A stretch of DNA of 39,299 bases from an uncultured archaeon (GCA_902385155.1 CABMEP010000035.1:1-39299), one strand, 5' to 3'; shown: positions 22,922 to 32,514, counted from the first letter of the stretch. Numbers and translations: made by a program. The notes: generated from the letters alone by a model not told the origin.

Positions 22922-23635
22922 CTACTTGGGGAAAAGCGATTTGATGAAATCCGTGACTCCCTTGGTATCCTTCTTCTTCAGTATGCCCAGCCTCTTCATC
23001 GCGGAGATCACTCTCCCCAGCGCGACGGTGGGCTTGATCCCGCGCTGGGTATAGTATTGGAACAGCTTGGAGGCGACCTCCTTCGTCGGCTCTTTCATTC
23101 CCTTCCTTCTCGCCTCTTCCACGAGCTTCGAGAGCTGCTCTCTTTCCTTCAGCAGTATCTCCTTCCTGATGGCCTCGTCGCGCGCGATCTCCATCCTCTT
23201 CAGCCCTGCGGCCGGCGCCTTGGCCTTCGCCGTCTCGGCCGGGGCGAGCTTCTCCGCCGCCTCGCGTTCTGCCGCGGTTTTCTCCTTGACCGTCTCTTCC
23301 TTGTGGACCTCCTCCTTGCGCGTCTCCTCGGATTTCTTCTCCTCTTTCTTGTGCTCCTCCTCTATGAGCTTGACCGCCAGCTCCTCCTTCACGACAGGCT
23401 CGTATTTCTCGGCGCCGTACACTCCGTGCACCGGGGTCTTCACGAACCTGACTTCCGTCAGCGGCCTCGCCTCGCCGAACGCCATTCCCTTGTCCGCGCC
23501 CTTCTCTATCTCCCCTTTCTTCGACTCCATCTCCGGGCTGCGCTCCTCCTGCTTCTCCCTCTTCTTGCGCTTCTGCTCCCCCTCCTTGCGCTCCTCCTCT
23601 TTCTTCTCCTCTTCCTTGAAGGCGGATTCCGGCAT
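22922..23635 (-). CDS. Hypothetical Glu/Lys-rich protein
   Basis: Start moved to ATG 23635 (MPESAFKEEE) to avoid tRNA-Lys. Strong GAG/AAG codon bias. TTTAAAA upstream. Confidence 0.7.
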   Translation of the reverse strand: MPESAFKEEEKKEEERKEGEQKRKKREKQEERSPEMESKKGEIEKGADKGMAFGEARPLTEVRFVKTPVHGVYGAEKYEPVVKEELAVKLIEEEHKKEEKKSEETRKEEVHKEETVKEKTAAEREAAEKLAPAETAKAKAPAAGLKRMEIARDEAIRKEILLKEREQLSKLVEEARRKGMKEPTKEVASKLFQYYTQRGIKPTVALGRVISAMKRLGILKKKDTKGVTDFIKSLFPK

Positions 23636-23719
23636 CGTTCTCGGAGCTATGTCATTTAGGGGGGTTTTAAACCTGACGAACGTCGCTGCGCTCACCGCAG
23701 AGGATGAAAGAATTAGAAG

Positions 23720-23794
23720 CGGGCTCGGTGGGATTTGAACCCACGACATTTCGGTTAAGAGCCGAACGCTCTGGCCAAGCTGAGCTACGAGCCC
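23720..23794 (-). tRNA. tRNA-Lys(CTT), intronless
   Basis: Acceptor GGGCTCG/CGAGCCC, anticodon arm TTCGG-CTCTTAA-CCGAA, T-arm GTGGG-TTCAAAT-CCCAC. Confidence 0.96.
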
Positions 23795-24012
23795 ATTCGC
23801 ACTGATGCAAAATGCGCAGACAGAATATACATCCAATATTTATATAGTCTACGCGCCAGCGATTTTTGTCTTTTTTAGGCCGAAATCCGGTTTCAGCCGC
23901 TGATTTTAACTTCGGTAGGTTTTCGCGAAATCCCGGAACGAAGGTTTTTATAAAGCAAAGAAAAATCCGGAAGTAATTTAAACACTGGAACGATTTATCC
24001 TCGAGGCGCGAC

Positions 24013-24798
24013 ATGGCAGAACGACAAACAAATCCCAACGTCCAGGCAGTATCGAACAAGACCGTCCAGGACTATCTCACTTCTAATTTTGGGGAAGAGT
24101 CTGTCAAGATAATAAGGGCCGCGACGGAGGACATGACCGACGACGCCCTCGCCGTTAAATGCAAGCTCAAGGTGTCCGAGATCCGCATGGTGCTCAACAA
24201 GATGCACAGCATGAGGCTCGCGGAGTACACGAGGATAAAGGACAAGGACACCGGATGGTACTCGTACATCTGGCGGGTGAACCTCGGCGGGATATACGAG
24301 GTGCTGAACCAGTCCATGCAGGGCGAGATCAACCAGCTCAACAACCAGCTCGAGGAGAACACCACCGTGCTCTCGTACATCTGCTCCAAGTGCTCGAAGA
24401 GCAATGTGATCGACTTCGAGATCGCATCCAAGCTCGCGTTCAGGTGCCCGAACTGCAAGAGGCGCCTCTACGAGAAGAAGAACAGCAACGACGAGATCGT
24501 GTCCAGGCTCGGCGAGCTGAAGACCAAGCATACCGCGTTCCAGGGCCACATCCGGAAGCACGAGGAGATGAAGCGCCTGGAGGCGCAGAAGCGCCTCGAG
24601 GAGATGAAGGCCGCCAAGGAAGCGGCAATGAAGCGGGCGGCGGAAGAGGCGGAGGCCGCGAAGCTCGCGAAGATCGCCAAGAGGAAGGCGGCCGTCCAAG
24701 CGAGAGCTGTCGCGAGGAAGGCGCTGAAGGCCAAGCTGATGAGGGCGAAGGCGCCCAAGATGAAGGCCAGGGCGAAAACCGCGAAGAAGAGGCGCTGA
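24013..24798 (+). CDS. tfe: Transcription factor E (TFEalpha) with long Lys/Ala-rich tail
   Basis: TDDALA...EIRMVLNKM...KDKDTGWYSYIW winged helix and CSKC...FRCPNC zinc ribbon. Confidence 0.93.
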   Translation: MAERQTNPNVQAVSNKTVQDYLTSNFGEESVKIIRAATEDMTDDALAVKCKLKVSEIRMVLNKMHSMRLAEYTRIKDKDTGWYSYIWRVNLGGIYEVLNQSMQGEINQLNNQLEENTTVLSYICSKCSKSNVIDFEIASKLAFRCPNCKRRLYEKKNSNDEIVSRLGELKTKHTAFQGHIRKHEEMKRLEAQKRLEEMKAAKEAAMKRAAEEAEAAKLAKIAKRKAAVQARAVARKALKAKLMRAKAPKMKARAKTAKKRR

Positions 24799-24865
24799 AC
24801 ACATCACATCTCGACTGCGCCGCGCTCGGCATAAGGATTAAAATACTCACCAGCGATAGCTGGCC

Positions 24866-25054
24866 ATGGAAATGACTCGTTTTGAGAAGGCGCGAGTGGT
24901 TGGAGCGCGAGCACTCCAGCTTGCGATGGGAGCGCCACCGCTGATCGAGCTGCCGAGCCACGTGTTCGAGCCGTTCGAGATCGCGAGGCTCGAGTTCGCT
25001 GCGGACGTGGTTCCGCTGACGGTCTACAGGCCGACATCGGCGGCTTCTGAATGA
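24866..25054 (+). CDS. rpoK: RNA polymerase subunit Rpo6 (K)
   Basis: TRFEKARVVGARALQLAMGAP...IARLEF...VPLTV. Confidence 0.96.
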   Translation: MEMTRFEKARVVGARALQLAMGAPPLIELPSHVFEPFEIARLEFAADVVPLTVYRPTSAASE

Positions 25055-25064
25055 GGTGTGATAC

Positions 25065-25613
25065 ATGCTGGAAATAATCGCAGGTCTAATCGTAGTGGTG
25101 GCCATCGTCGGCGTGCTCATGTACAACGGCCTGGTCACCCTCAGGAACAACTCCAAGAACGCATGGGCGCAGATCGACGTCCAGCTGAAGAGGAGGGCGG
25201 ACCTCATACCGAACCTCGTCGAGACTGTCAAGGGATATATGAAGCACGAGCGCGAGACCCTCGAGTCGGTGACGAAGGCGAGGACAGCCCTCATGTCGGC
25301 CACCGGGCCGCGCGAGAAGGCGAAGGCGGAAGGCCAGCTCGCGGGAGCGCTGAAGACGCTCTTCGCTGTCGCGGAAAGCTACCCGACGCTCAAGGCGAAC
25401 GAGAACTTCATGCAACTGCAGGAGGAATTGAGCGGAACGGAGACGAAGATCGCGTACGCGCGCCAGCTCTACAACGACGTGGTGCTGCAGTACAACAACT
25501 CGATCCAGACCATCCCGTCCAACATCGTCGCCGCGCTGTTCGGCTTCAAGGAGATAGAGTTCTTCAAGACCGAGAGCGAGGCGGAAAGGCAGCCTGTGAA
25601 GGTCAAGTTCTGA
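25065..25613 (+). CDS. lemA: LemA family protein
   Basis: YNGLVTLRN...[26 protein letters not shown]...[12 protein letters not shown]...ARQLYN. Confidence 0.96.
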   Translation: MLEIIAGLIVVVAIVGVLMYNGLVTLRNNSKNAWAQIDVQLKRRADLIPNLVETVKGYMKHERETLESVTKARTALMSATGPREKAKAEGQLAGALKTLFAVAESYPTLKANENFMQLQEELSGTETKIAYARQLYNDVVLQYNNSIQTIPSNIVAALFGFKEIEFFKTESEAERQPVKVKF

Positions 25614-25614
25614 G

Positions 25615-25670
25615 CTGGAACCCATGGTTCCGGCGGCCCCCAGGCCCAGTTCTCTTTTTTATTCTTTGTT
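25615..25670 (+). terminator. Possible terminator after lemA (short hairpin plus T-tract)
   Basis: GGAACC-CAT-GGTTCC followed by TTCTCTTTTTTATTCTTTGTT. Confidence 0.35.
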
Positions 25671-25684
25671 CATGAATACCTAGC

Positions 25685-26578
25685 ATGACCCTTTACGAAG
25701 AGATAGGAGACAACAACCGCGCGACGGTCGCGATGTTCATCCTCTACGCGATCCTCTACGGGGCGGTGATCTTCGCCTTTCTCGCGGTCATAGGGATATC
25801 TCCTTCGTTCCCGCTGTTCACGGTCTCTACTGTAGCGACGCTGCTGGTGTTCTACCTCATCGTGTTCCCCAACGCGCCGCAGGCGATACTGTCCATGACC
25901 GGGGCTCGCGAGCTGAGGAAGAAGGACGATCCCTACCTGTTCAACATCGTGGGGGCGCTCGCCATCGGGGCGGGCATCCCCATGCCGAGGATATACATCA
26001 TAGAGAGCGACGCGCTCAACGCGTTCGCAACCGGCCCGGACCCGAAGCGTTCGCTCGTCGTGATAACCACGGGGCTCAGGGGCAGGCTGAACCGCCTGGA
26101 GCTCGAGGGCGTGATGGCGCACGAGATGTCGCACATCAAGAACTACGACATCCGCTCCATGCTCGTCGCGACGATGTTCGCCCTGGCGATAGCGCTCGTC
26201 GCGGACATCGGCATCAGGTCGGTGTTCTACAGGCGCAGGGACGACCGTGGCGGCGGCTCCGCCATCATAATGCTGCTGGCGGTAGTCGGCCTGATCCTCG
26301 CGCCGATGATATCCGCGCTCATCAGGCTCGCGATATCCCGGAACAGGGAATACGCAGCCGACGCGAGCGGCGCGATGCTCACTCGCTATCCGGCGGGGCT
26401 CGCGAGCGCGCTCCAGAAGATACAGAAGGAGTACGCGAAGGGGAACAACGAGATCGAAGGCGTCAATGACGCCACACGGCACCTGTTCATATTCGATCCG
26501 GCGAAGAAGAGCCTTCTCGGCCTGCTCAGCACCCACCCCCCTATAGAGGACAGGATCGCAAGGCTGAAGAAGATGTGA
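25685..26578 (+). CDS. htpX: HtpX-like M48 zinc metalloprotease
   Basis: NAFATG, HEMSH zinc motif, SRNREYAADA, STHPPIEDRI. Confidence 0.95.
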   Translation: MTLYEEIGDNNRATVAMFILYAILYGAVIFAFLAVIGISPSFPLFTVSTVATLLVFYLIVFPNAPQAILSMTGARELRKKDDPYLFNIVGALAIGAGIPMPRIYIIESDALNAFATGPDPKRSLVVITTGLRGRLNRLELEGVMAHEMSHIKNYDIRSMLVATMFALAIALVADIGIRSVFYRRRDDRGGGSAIIMLLAVVGLILAPMISALIRLAISRNREYAADASGAMLTRYPAGLASALQKIQKEYAKGNNEIEGVNDATRHLFIFDPAKKSLLGLLSTHPPIEDRIARLKKM

Positions 26579-26620
26579 AATCAGCGGCTGTCGCTTCGCC
26601 GTTAGGGGGAATCCATTTTT

Positions 26621-27502
26621 TCAGAGAGTGAGCGTTTGGAGCAGCAGCCTCACGCTGCTCTTCTCTATCAGGTTCAGCATCGCGGCATGCGCCAGTTCCG
26701 CGTCATCGAAAATCCCGAACACCGCGCCGCCAGATCCAGCCAGGAGCGCTCCCAATGCGCCGCTGTCGCGCATGGTCTTCTTGACATCAGCCAATTCGGG
26801 ATGTAGCCTGAACGCCACGAGCTCGAAGTCGTTGCGCATGTGCTTGGCTATTCCGGCCCAGCTGCCGGACCTTAGCGCCGCGAGCATCGGGCGCTCGTCC
26901 GCCTCGGTTCTTTCGATCCTGTCGATCTCCTCGTATAGGAACGCTGTTTTCCTGCCGTTCATGTTGCTGAGGTAGCTGTTCGGGACCGCAATGCACGCAT
27001 GGATCGGCTTGAGCGCAAACTCCTCGATTATTTCGTCTCCTCTTCCTTCCGCGTAGCACGTCCTCTTCCGCAGCGCCTGCGGGACATCCGCTCCGATCAA
27101 TGATCCTATCTCATCCATCCTCGCCCGATTAAGCCTCATCCTCCACGCCTCGTTGAGGGCTCTTATCACCGGTGCGGCATCGATGGCGCTGCCCCCGAGC
27201 CCGCTCGAGAGGGGAACATTCTTCTCTATCGCTATGCTGATGCCCGTCATTGCCGGATCCCTCCCAGCAGCCCTCATCATCAGCTCCGCTGCACGATAAG
27301 CGGTGTTGCGCCCGTCTTTGGGCACGAGCGGATTGTTGCACTTGACGTGTATGCCGGGCTCCTTCGACTCCTCCACCAGGACCTTGTCGTGCAGCTCCCT
27401 TATGGGCTGGAACACCGTCTTCAGCCGGTGGTAGCCTCTTTCGTCCCTCGGTCCTACGGACAGGAACAGGTTGACTTTCGCATGGGCCTTGATCATGGTC
27501 AC
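26621..27502 (-). CDS. ispE: IspE-like GHMP kinase (4-diphosphocytidyl-2C-methyl-D-erythritol kinase family)
   Basis: AHAKVNLFL, GYH.L.TVFQ, KNVPLSSGLGGS..DAA, GADVP, NDFE, GSG..VFG. Confidence 0.85.
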   Translation of the reverse strand: MTMIKAHAKVNLFLSVGPRDERGYHRLKTVFQPIRELHDKVLVEESKEPGIHVKCNNPLVPKDGRNTAYRAAELMMRAAGRDPAMTGISIAIEKNVPLSSGLGGSAIDAAPVIRALNEAWRMRLNRARMDEIGSLIGADVPQALRKRTCYAEGRGDEIIEEFALKPIHACIAVPNSYLSNMNGRKTAFLYEEIDRIERTEADERPMLAALRSGSWAGIAKHMRNDFELVAFRLHPELADVKKTMRDSGALGALLAGSGGAVFGIFDDAELAHAAMLNLIEKSSVRLLLQTLTL

Positions 27503-28158
27503 AGTGCCTCCTCGAACGGCCTGAGGACGAACTTCTTCTTCGGCCTCTCCCCTTCCCGGGCCGAGCGTTCCTTCTTCTCGTTCTCTTCAAGCTTCTTCCT
27601 GAGATCTGTGACTTCGGTCTTCAATGCGGTGATCTCCTTCATGACCAGCTCCATCGGGTCCGCCTTCTTCTCCTTCTTGGCGGCGGCGCGGTCGCTGATC
27701 TCCTTCACTATCTGCGATGCGTTCTTCACCCCAGGGAAATTGACTGTCCGGTCCCCGTGCACCACAACGGTCGCTATCCCCAGGTAATCGTCTATGAATT
27801 TCAACCCCACCTCTCCGACATGCGCGCTCTTTATCCCGCTGTAAGGAACTATGGTCTGGTTCTTGCCTATGAGCCCTGACGAGAGCGTCACTGCCGTGTC
27901 GTCGTACTTCATCGATATGGTCCTCTTCAGGAGGTTGACGTAGAGGAACTCCAGTATCGCGAGCAGCGCGAACGATCCGGCCGCGAGGGTCATGATGACC
28001 GCGCCGTTGTCGCTTCCGGCCGCGAGCTCCACCCGCATCCCTGCGAATTCCAGGAATCCTATCAGGACGTTCACCGTCGTCCAGAATACAGCCAATACTA
28101 TCGCCGTCTTCACGATCAGCGACAATGCGTAGTTCTCACTGATTGCAACGTCCGCCAT
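27499..28158 (-). CDS. Membrane protein with bacterial PH-like domain and C-terminal coiled coil
   Basis: Two TM helices, then Y...VTLSSGLIGKNQTIVPYSGI...YLGIATVVV pattern. Confidence 0.7.
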   Translation of the reverse strand: MADVAISENYALSLIVKTAIVLAVFWTTVNVLIGFLEFAGMRVELAAGSDNGAVIMTLAAGSFALLAILEFLYVNLLKRTISMKYDDTAVTLSSGLIGKNQTIVPYSGIKSAHVGEVGLKFIDDYLGIATVVVHGDRTVNFPGVKNASQIVKEISDRAAAKKEKKADPMELVMKEITALKTEVTDLRKKLEENEKKERSAREGERPKKKFVLRPFEEAL

Positions 28159-28159
28159 G

Positions 28160-28792
28160 TCATTCCTCTCCTTTCAGCTGGTTGTAGTATATGTTGTTGA
28201 ACTCGTATATGTTGCGCTCGTCCCCGAACCATTCCTTGAGCAGCGTCTCCTTGTCTCCGCTCACGCTCGCCTTGCTAGTGGTGTCGAGCAGGCGCCACTG
28301 CTCCCCGAATTTGTAGCCGACCGCGACCTTGATTCCGCTGTCCACTCCCACGATCACGTACGAGTCCGGGTTGTCCAGCGCGATCAGCAGGGAGCAGAGG
28401 AAGACCGCCTTGTCCATGGGGTCGCCGCCCCTCAGGTTCATCATCTCCTTGGGCGTGAGCCAGAAGTCTATGAGGGACTTCACTGTGCGCATCTCGCGCA
28501 CCGTCTTGTGGGCCGCCTCCGCAGCTATATCGAAGTGCTGGTCATAGATGTACGGCCTCATGGCCGACGTGATCTCCTCCTTCGCCTTCTGGACCGTCTC
28601 GTCGTTCGGCCTGATCATCGCCTTGAGGTCAGCGATCGTCTTCGACTCGCTGTGCTCTATCATCTGGCGGTACCTTCCCAGCACCAGCTCGTATAATCGT
28701 ATCTTGTCCTGGAGGATGTTGGCTTCGCTCCTCCTCTCCACGAACTCGTTTCCCTCTCCCTTCCGGAAAGGCAGGAATTCCCTCGGGGCCAT
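28160..28792 (-). CDS. Hypothetical protein with degenerate transglutaminase-like fold
   Basis: FWLTPKEMM...GDPMDKAVFLCSLL...WRLLDTT matches the TGase-like pattern but lacks the catalytic Cys. Confidence 0.6.
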   Translation of the reverse strand: MAPREFLPFRKGEGNEFVERRSEANILQDKIRLYELVLGRYRQMIEHSESKTIADLKAMIRPNDETVQKAKEEITSAMRPYIYDQHFDIAAEAAHKTVREMRTVKSLIDFWLTPKEMMNLRGGDPMDKAVFLCSLLIALDNPDSYVIVGVDSGIKVAVGYKFGEQWRLLDTTSKASVSGDKETLLKEWFGDERNIYEFNNIYYNQLKGEE

Positions 28793-28882
28793 GTAAATAG
28801 GGCCATTTCCGGCTATTTAAACAATGCGGACGTACCTCTTCCAGTATTGTCTTAGCAAAGGCCGCGGTTGCCTATTTCCGTA

Positions 28883-29863
28883 TCAGCACGCGCCCATGCA
28901 GGACTCGGTGCACGCCACGAACGACGGCTTCGCCATGCAGTCGTCTATGCATGAGGCGTTGATCGCCATCTTGCATGTGGAGTTGTCGCTCTTCCTGGTC
29001 TTGAGGCAGTCCAGTTTGCACTGCTCCTGGTCGCCCGTGTAGCAGACGTTGTTCGGGCAGTTGCAGTCCACCATGCATGTGGTGGTTGCGTTCATGTCGC
29101 AGTCGCGGCTCTTGTCGAGCGCGCACGAAGTGAGGCATTCCTTGTAGACGTCATTGGTCTTCGCGCATCCGGCCACGCAGTCGGGCATGCATTGGGAATA
29201 CATCTTGACCATGGTTGTGGCGGACGATGCATCGAACGACTCGACTGCCGCGGGGTCGACCTGGTTGATGTCGAACACGATCGTTACGGAATACGTCTCG
29301 CTTTCGTTCGTCATGTTGAGGCTTAACGGGATCTCCACGATGCTGGAGGGTATCGTGAGCGGGGTCGCCTTCTTCTCGGACACCACCCCAGGTATCGCCG
29401 TGCTGGTCACGTACACCGATTCCGCGCTTATGATGTTCATCCTGATCTTGTCGTAATTACCGAGCGTGGTGTTCGCTGAAGAGAGGGGCTCCTTTCCGCC
29501 GCTGACCGCCGCGAGGTCCACTGTCGTCGCGTTGTCGGAGACCGTCGTCCATCCTTCCGATCCGTGGATTTCTATCTTGCCCAGGACCACGTTGAAGGAA
29601 TCCAAGCCCTTGCCTATGGGCGAGGACGCCGAGGACGAGAATCCGGTATTGAGGATAGCCTTCCTGGTCTCCAACGGGATGACTGGCGTTGTCGTCAGGT
29701 TCTCTTCCTGTGTCTGGTTTATGGCCGGGCCCGTGCTCTCGTTGACGACGGGTGATTCCGGTGCGCTCTCATTCTTCTGCGGCGCCTGCTGCGTGCAGCC
29801 GAACAGGAAAACCGCGCCCACGAGAAGGAGCGCCACCATCATGAATCCGAATTTAGTCGCCAT
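28883..29863 (-). CDS. Lipoprotein, DUF4382-like domain plus Cys-rich C-terminus
   Basis: LFGC lipobox, IEIH...W...VDL...GNYDKIRM...VTIVFDI pattern. 18 Cys in the last ~100 aa. Confidence 0.7.
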   Translation of the reverse strand: MATKFGFMMVALLLVGAVFLFGCTQQAPQKNESAPESPVVNESTGPAINQTQEENLTTTPVIPLETRKAILNTGFSSSASSPIGKGLDSFNVVLGKIEIHGSEGWTTVSDNATTVDLAAVSGGKEPLSSANTTLGNYDKIRMNIISAESVYVTSTAIPGVVSEKKATPLTIPSSIVEIPLSLNMTNESETYSVTIVFDINQVDPAAVESFDASSATTMVKMYSQCMPDCVAGCAKTNDVYKECLTSCALDKSRDCDMNATTTCMVDCNCPNNVCYTGDQEQCKLDCLKTRKSDNSTCKMAINASCIDDCMAKPSFVACTESCMGAC

Positions 29864-29907
29864 AACATCACGTTCCATCATATCAATGTCAGTTCACTCT
29901 TACGCTA

Positions 29908-30795
29908 TTACACTCCCGCAATCAGTCTTAAAACATTGCGCAACCCGGGCGCCAGCCCGAACACGATGATCAGGAGGTATATGAAATTCATCTCATGCCC
30001 GTCCGCGCTCTCCTTCTCTATCACCCAGGACGCGACGATCGCGAACAGCACCTTTATCGCGAGGTAGAGCCCCGTGCCGTACACGATCACCTCGCCGAAG
30101 AACCGCTCCACAACGTGCTGGCCGAAATAGCACAGCCCCTTCTCCAGGCATTCTGGCGACATCCGGTTGAACACCTCTATCGCCACGAAGCTCGCGGCGC
30201 CGTCCAATGCGTGGGCGAACACGGCGATCCTGCTCTGCATGCTGCCTATCCCGTACCTGCTGAATATCTCGTTGGACAGGTAGTAGAACACCATCACTAT
30301 CACGAAGATCATCGCGGCGTACGGCCAGTTCACCATGAGCGGCGACAGCAGCAGGAGATGCGGGAGCCAGAGCGCGAGCCCGATCGCCGGATATAACCTC
30401 GGCTTTTTCAGTGCCGCGCTGACCAGTATGGCTGCGATCGTTATCGCCGCCGTCATTATGTATATCCCAGGCGTGACTGTCAGCGGCCCGTAGTTGTACG
30501 CTCCCGAATCGACGACCTTGCCGACCAGCCCGAACAGGGCGTCCCTGTGCTGCTGCATCGCCCCCGAGTCGATCGAGTCCGTGACCACCCGCATCGTCGA
30601 GCCGAGAAGGACGAATGGGATGGTGTAGAGTATGAATTCCCTGGTGAATCTCCTCTTGAATACCTTGAACAGGAAGTAGGCGGCCGCCATGGCGATGACC
30701 GCGTAGACGAGCGTGTTAACTATGTTGTAGCCGCTGTGCTCGGCTATGGGCTGCATGAAATACTGGTTGATCATGTCGCTGATGGGGTCCGCCAT
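29908..30795 (-). CDS. DUF63 family membrane protein
   Basis: GYNIVNTLVYA, RVVTD, VTPGIY, AHALDG, QHVV, GLAPGLRN. Confidence 0.88.
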   Translation of the reverse strand: MADPISDMINQYFMQPIAEHSGYNIVNTLVYAVIAMAAAYFLFKVFKRRFTREFILYTIPFVLLGSTMRVVTDSIDSGAMQQHRDALFGLVGKVVDSGAYNYGPLTVTPGIYIMTAAITIAAILVSAALKKPRLYPAIGLALWLPHLLLLSPLMVNWPYAAMIFVIVMVFYYLSNEIFSRYGIGSMQSRIAVFAHALDGAASFVAIEVFNRMSPECLEKGLCYFGQHVVERFFGEVIVYGTGLYLAIKVLFAIVASWVIEKESADGHEMNFIYLLIIVFGLAPGLRNVLRLIAGV

Positions 30796-30818
30796 TCAAT
30801 CATCATCCCGATGCGGTG

Positions 30819-31580
30819 TTACGCTTTCCGCCATTCCGCTCCTGCTTCACTGGTGAGCTTCAATACCTTTTCCTTCTGCGGAGCCTTCAGTCCCTTCCAG
30901 TCTATCAGCACGACATCTATATCCTCCGTGGTCCGTTCGAATGCCTGCATGAACGCGTCAGCTGTGACGGCGTCAGCGGCGTAATTGGGCAGCACGTGCG
31001 CCACCGCGATGTTGCCTTCCAGTTCCATCCTGTTGAACGCCGGGCAGTAGTGCCCCCCGCCTATGCAGAACGCGACCTCCTTCACTTCGATCTCTTTCCT
31101 TGCGTCGTCTATCCGCTCTATGGCCGCGGCGACCGCTTCGGCGTGTCTCTCGGTCTTCCACTCCTTCTCCGTGCTTCCTATCTCGGTGAAGCAGCACGGC
31201 GTCATGCAGAGCGGCCCGTGGTGGTCCACCTCCATCCCGATCCCTATGTCGATCCCCGCCTTTTTCTTCTGCGTGTCGAGCGCGACCGCCATCGCCTTCA
31301 TGCTTATCGGATCGCTTTCGGATATCTGCCCCGGCTTCCCGCCCATCTCGGCGGCGTTCCAGTTTCCCGGCACATGGACAGTGAATGTCGGGGTGCCGCT
31401 TTCGCTCCTGTGCTTGCTGGCGAAAATGAGGAAATCGGCCGTCATCCGCTCCACGTCTTTCTCCGCGTAGAGCAGGCCGGATTCCGTCCCTGTGATGGTT
31501 ATCCCTGCCTCGTCCTTCTCCAGCTGCTTCGCGATGTTGGTTCCGGCCGGATCCTGCGTGGAGTATATGACTGCATCCAT
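30819..31580 (-). CDS. dtdA: Archaeal D-aminoacyl-tRNA deacylase (DTD2)
   Basis: DPAGTNI, SKHRSE, TVHVPGN, EVDHHGP, EIGSTEKEW, GGGHY, IDWKG. Confidence 0.93.
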   Translation of the reverse strand: MDAVIYSTQDPAGTNIAKQLEKDEAGITITGTESGLLYAEKDVERMTADFLIFASKHRSESGTPTFTVHVPGNWNAAEMGGKPGQISESDPISMKAMAVALDTQKKKAGIDIGIGMEVDHHGPLCMTPCCFTEIGSTEKEWKTERHAEAVAAAIERIDDARKEIEVKEVAFCIGGGHYCPAFNRMELEGNIAVAHVLPNYAADAVTADAFMQAFERTTEDIDVVLIDWKGLKAPQKEKVLKLTSEAGAEWRKA

Positions 31581-31611
31581 TCGATCACCGTATCAATCGG
31601 CCGGCTTGGCA

Positions 31612-32487
31612 TCAGAACATGGAGTAAAGGAGCTGGTTCCCGAACAGTATGTAGATCACGAGCGCAACCAGGACGTAAGGGAGGAACATCGGCAGGTCGA
31701 GCACCGGCCATTTCCTCCTGAGCTTGCTCATCCTCTTCAGCTGGCCCTTGTCGACGAGCCTGCCTATCGAGTGCCTGCTGATTAATCTGCTGTCAAGGAG
31801 CTCGACCGCGAGCACATCCTCTCTTTCCGGCCTCCTCGTCCATTTCACCATCGATCCCATTATGACATCCTTGTAGAGGGTGAAGAATATCGCGGAGACG
31901 AACAGTATCTCCATCAATGCGATCAGGTTGACGGAGAACGTCGGCAATTGGGAGAACATGTAGACGAATGCGCCGAACGACAGGAGGAGCATGAACGATT
32001 GGCCCAGCTGCATCGCGCTGAACTTCACCTCTCCGCGGAACGTCCTCCTCAGCGCGTCGGGCGCGTACCTCACGACGATCCATATCGCGAACAGCAGCAC
32101 CGCGATGGAAGTCACGACCAAGATGGACGGCATCTGGAATTGGCTGAATATCGTGTCCTCCTGCGTTCCGAGAAGCGGGCCGCTGACGACCGGTATAGAC
32201 GCGTATATCGCGGCGAGCACGAGCACATCCGCTCCGCCGAGCTGGCCGATGCGGTAGAGGAAATACATCGACCCTATCATCACAGCGGCGATCGGCAGGT
32301 TCTGCAGGAAGGCGGACGGGTCGAATATGTTCACCACGACCGCGATCCCGAGGAATGCATACAGCAGCATGTCCGGGACGTTCTTCCTGTTGAACACGTC
32401 GTAGTATGCCGCCGCGCCCGTTCCTGCGACCGCAATGAGCATCCTGAGCAATTCGAATTCCATCAGATCACATATCGTCGCGATCAT
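31612..32487 (-). CDS. Prepilin/preflagellin peptidase (A24 family)
   Basis: AAYYD and GGAD catalytic aspartates, C-terminal LPMFLPY. The start may be 32463. Confidence 0.85.
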   Translation of the reverse strand: MIATICDLMEFELLRMLIAVAGTGAAAYYDVFNRKNVPDMLLYAFLGIAVVVNIFDPSAFLQNLPIAAVMIGSMYFLYRIGQLGGADVLVLAAIYASIPVVSGPLLGTQEDTIFSQFQMPSILVVTSIAVLLFAIWIVVRYAPDALRRTFRGEVKFSAMQLGQSFMLLLSFGAFVYMFSQLPTFSVNLIALMEILFVSAIFFTLYKDVIMGSMVKWTRRPEREDVLAVELLDSRLISRHSIGRLVDKGQLKRMSKLRRKWPVLDLPMFLPYVLVALVIYILFGNQLLYSMF

Positions 32488-32514
32488 TCGCGCTGACTCT
32501 GCTTTGTATCCATC

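Noticed and set aside
21249-23794. Integrated island between tRNA-Ile and tRNA-Lys carrying cas4
   Set aside because: No integrase, no duplicated tRNA end seen, and composition matches the host.
23636-23836. N-terminal extension of ORF 22922..23836
   Set aside because: It reads through tRNA-Lys on the same strand. The true start is more likely 23635.
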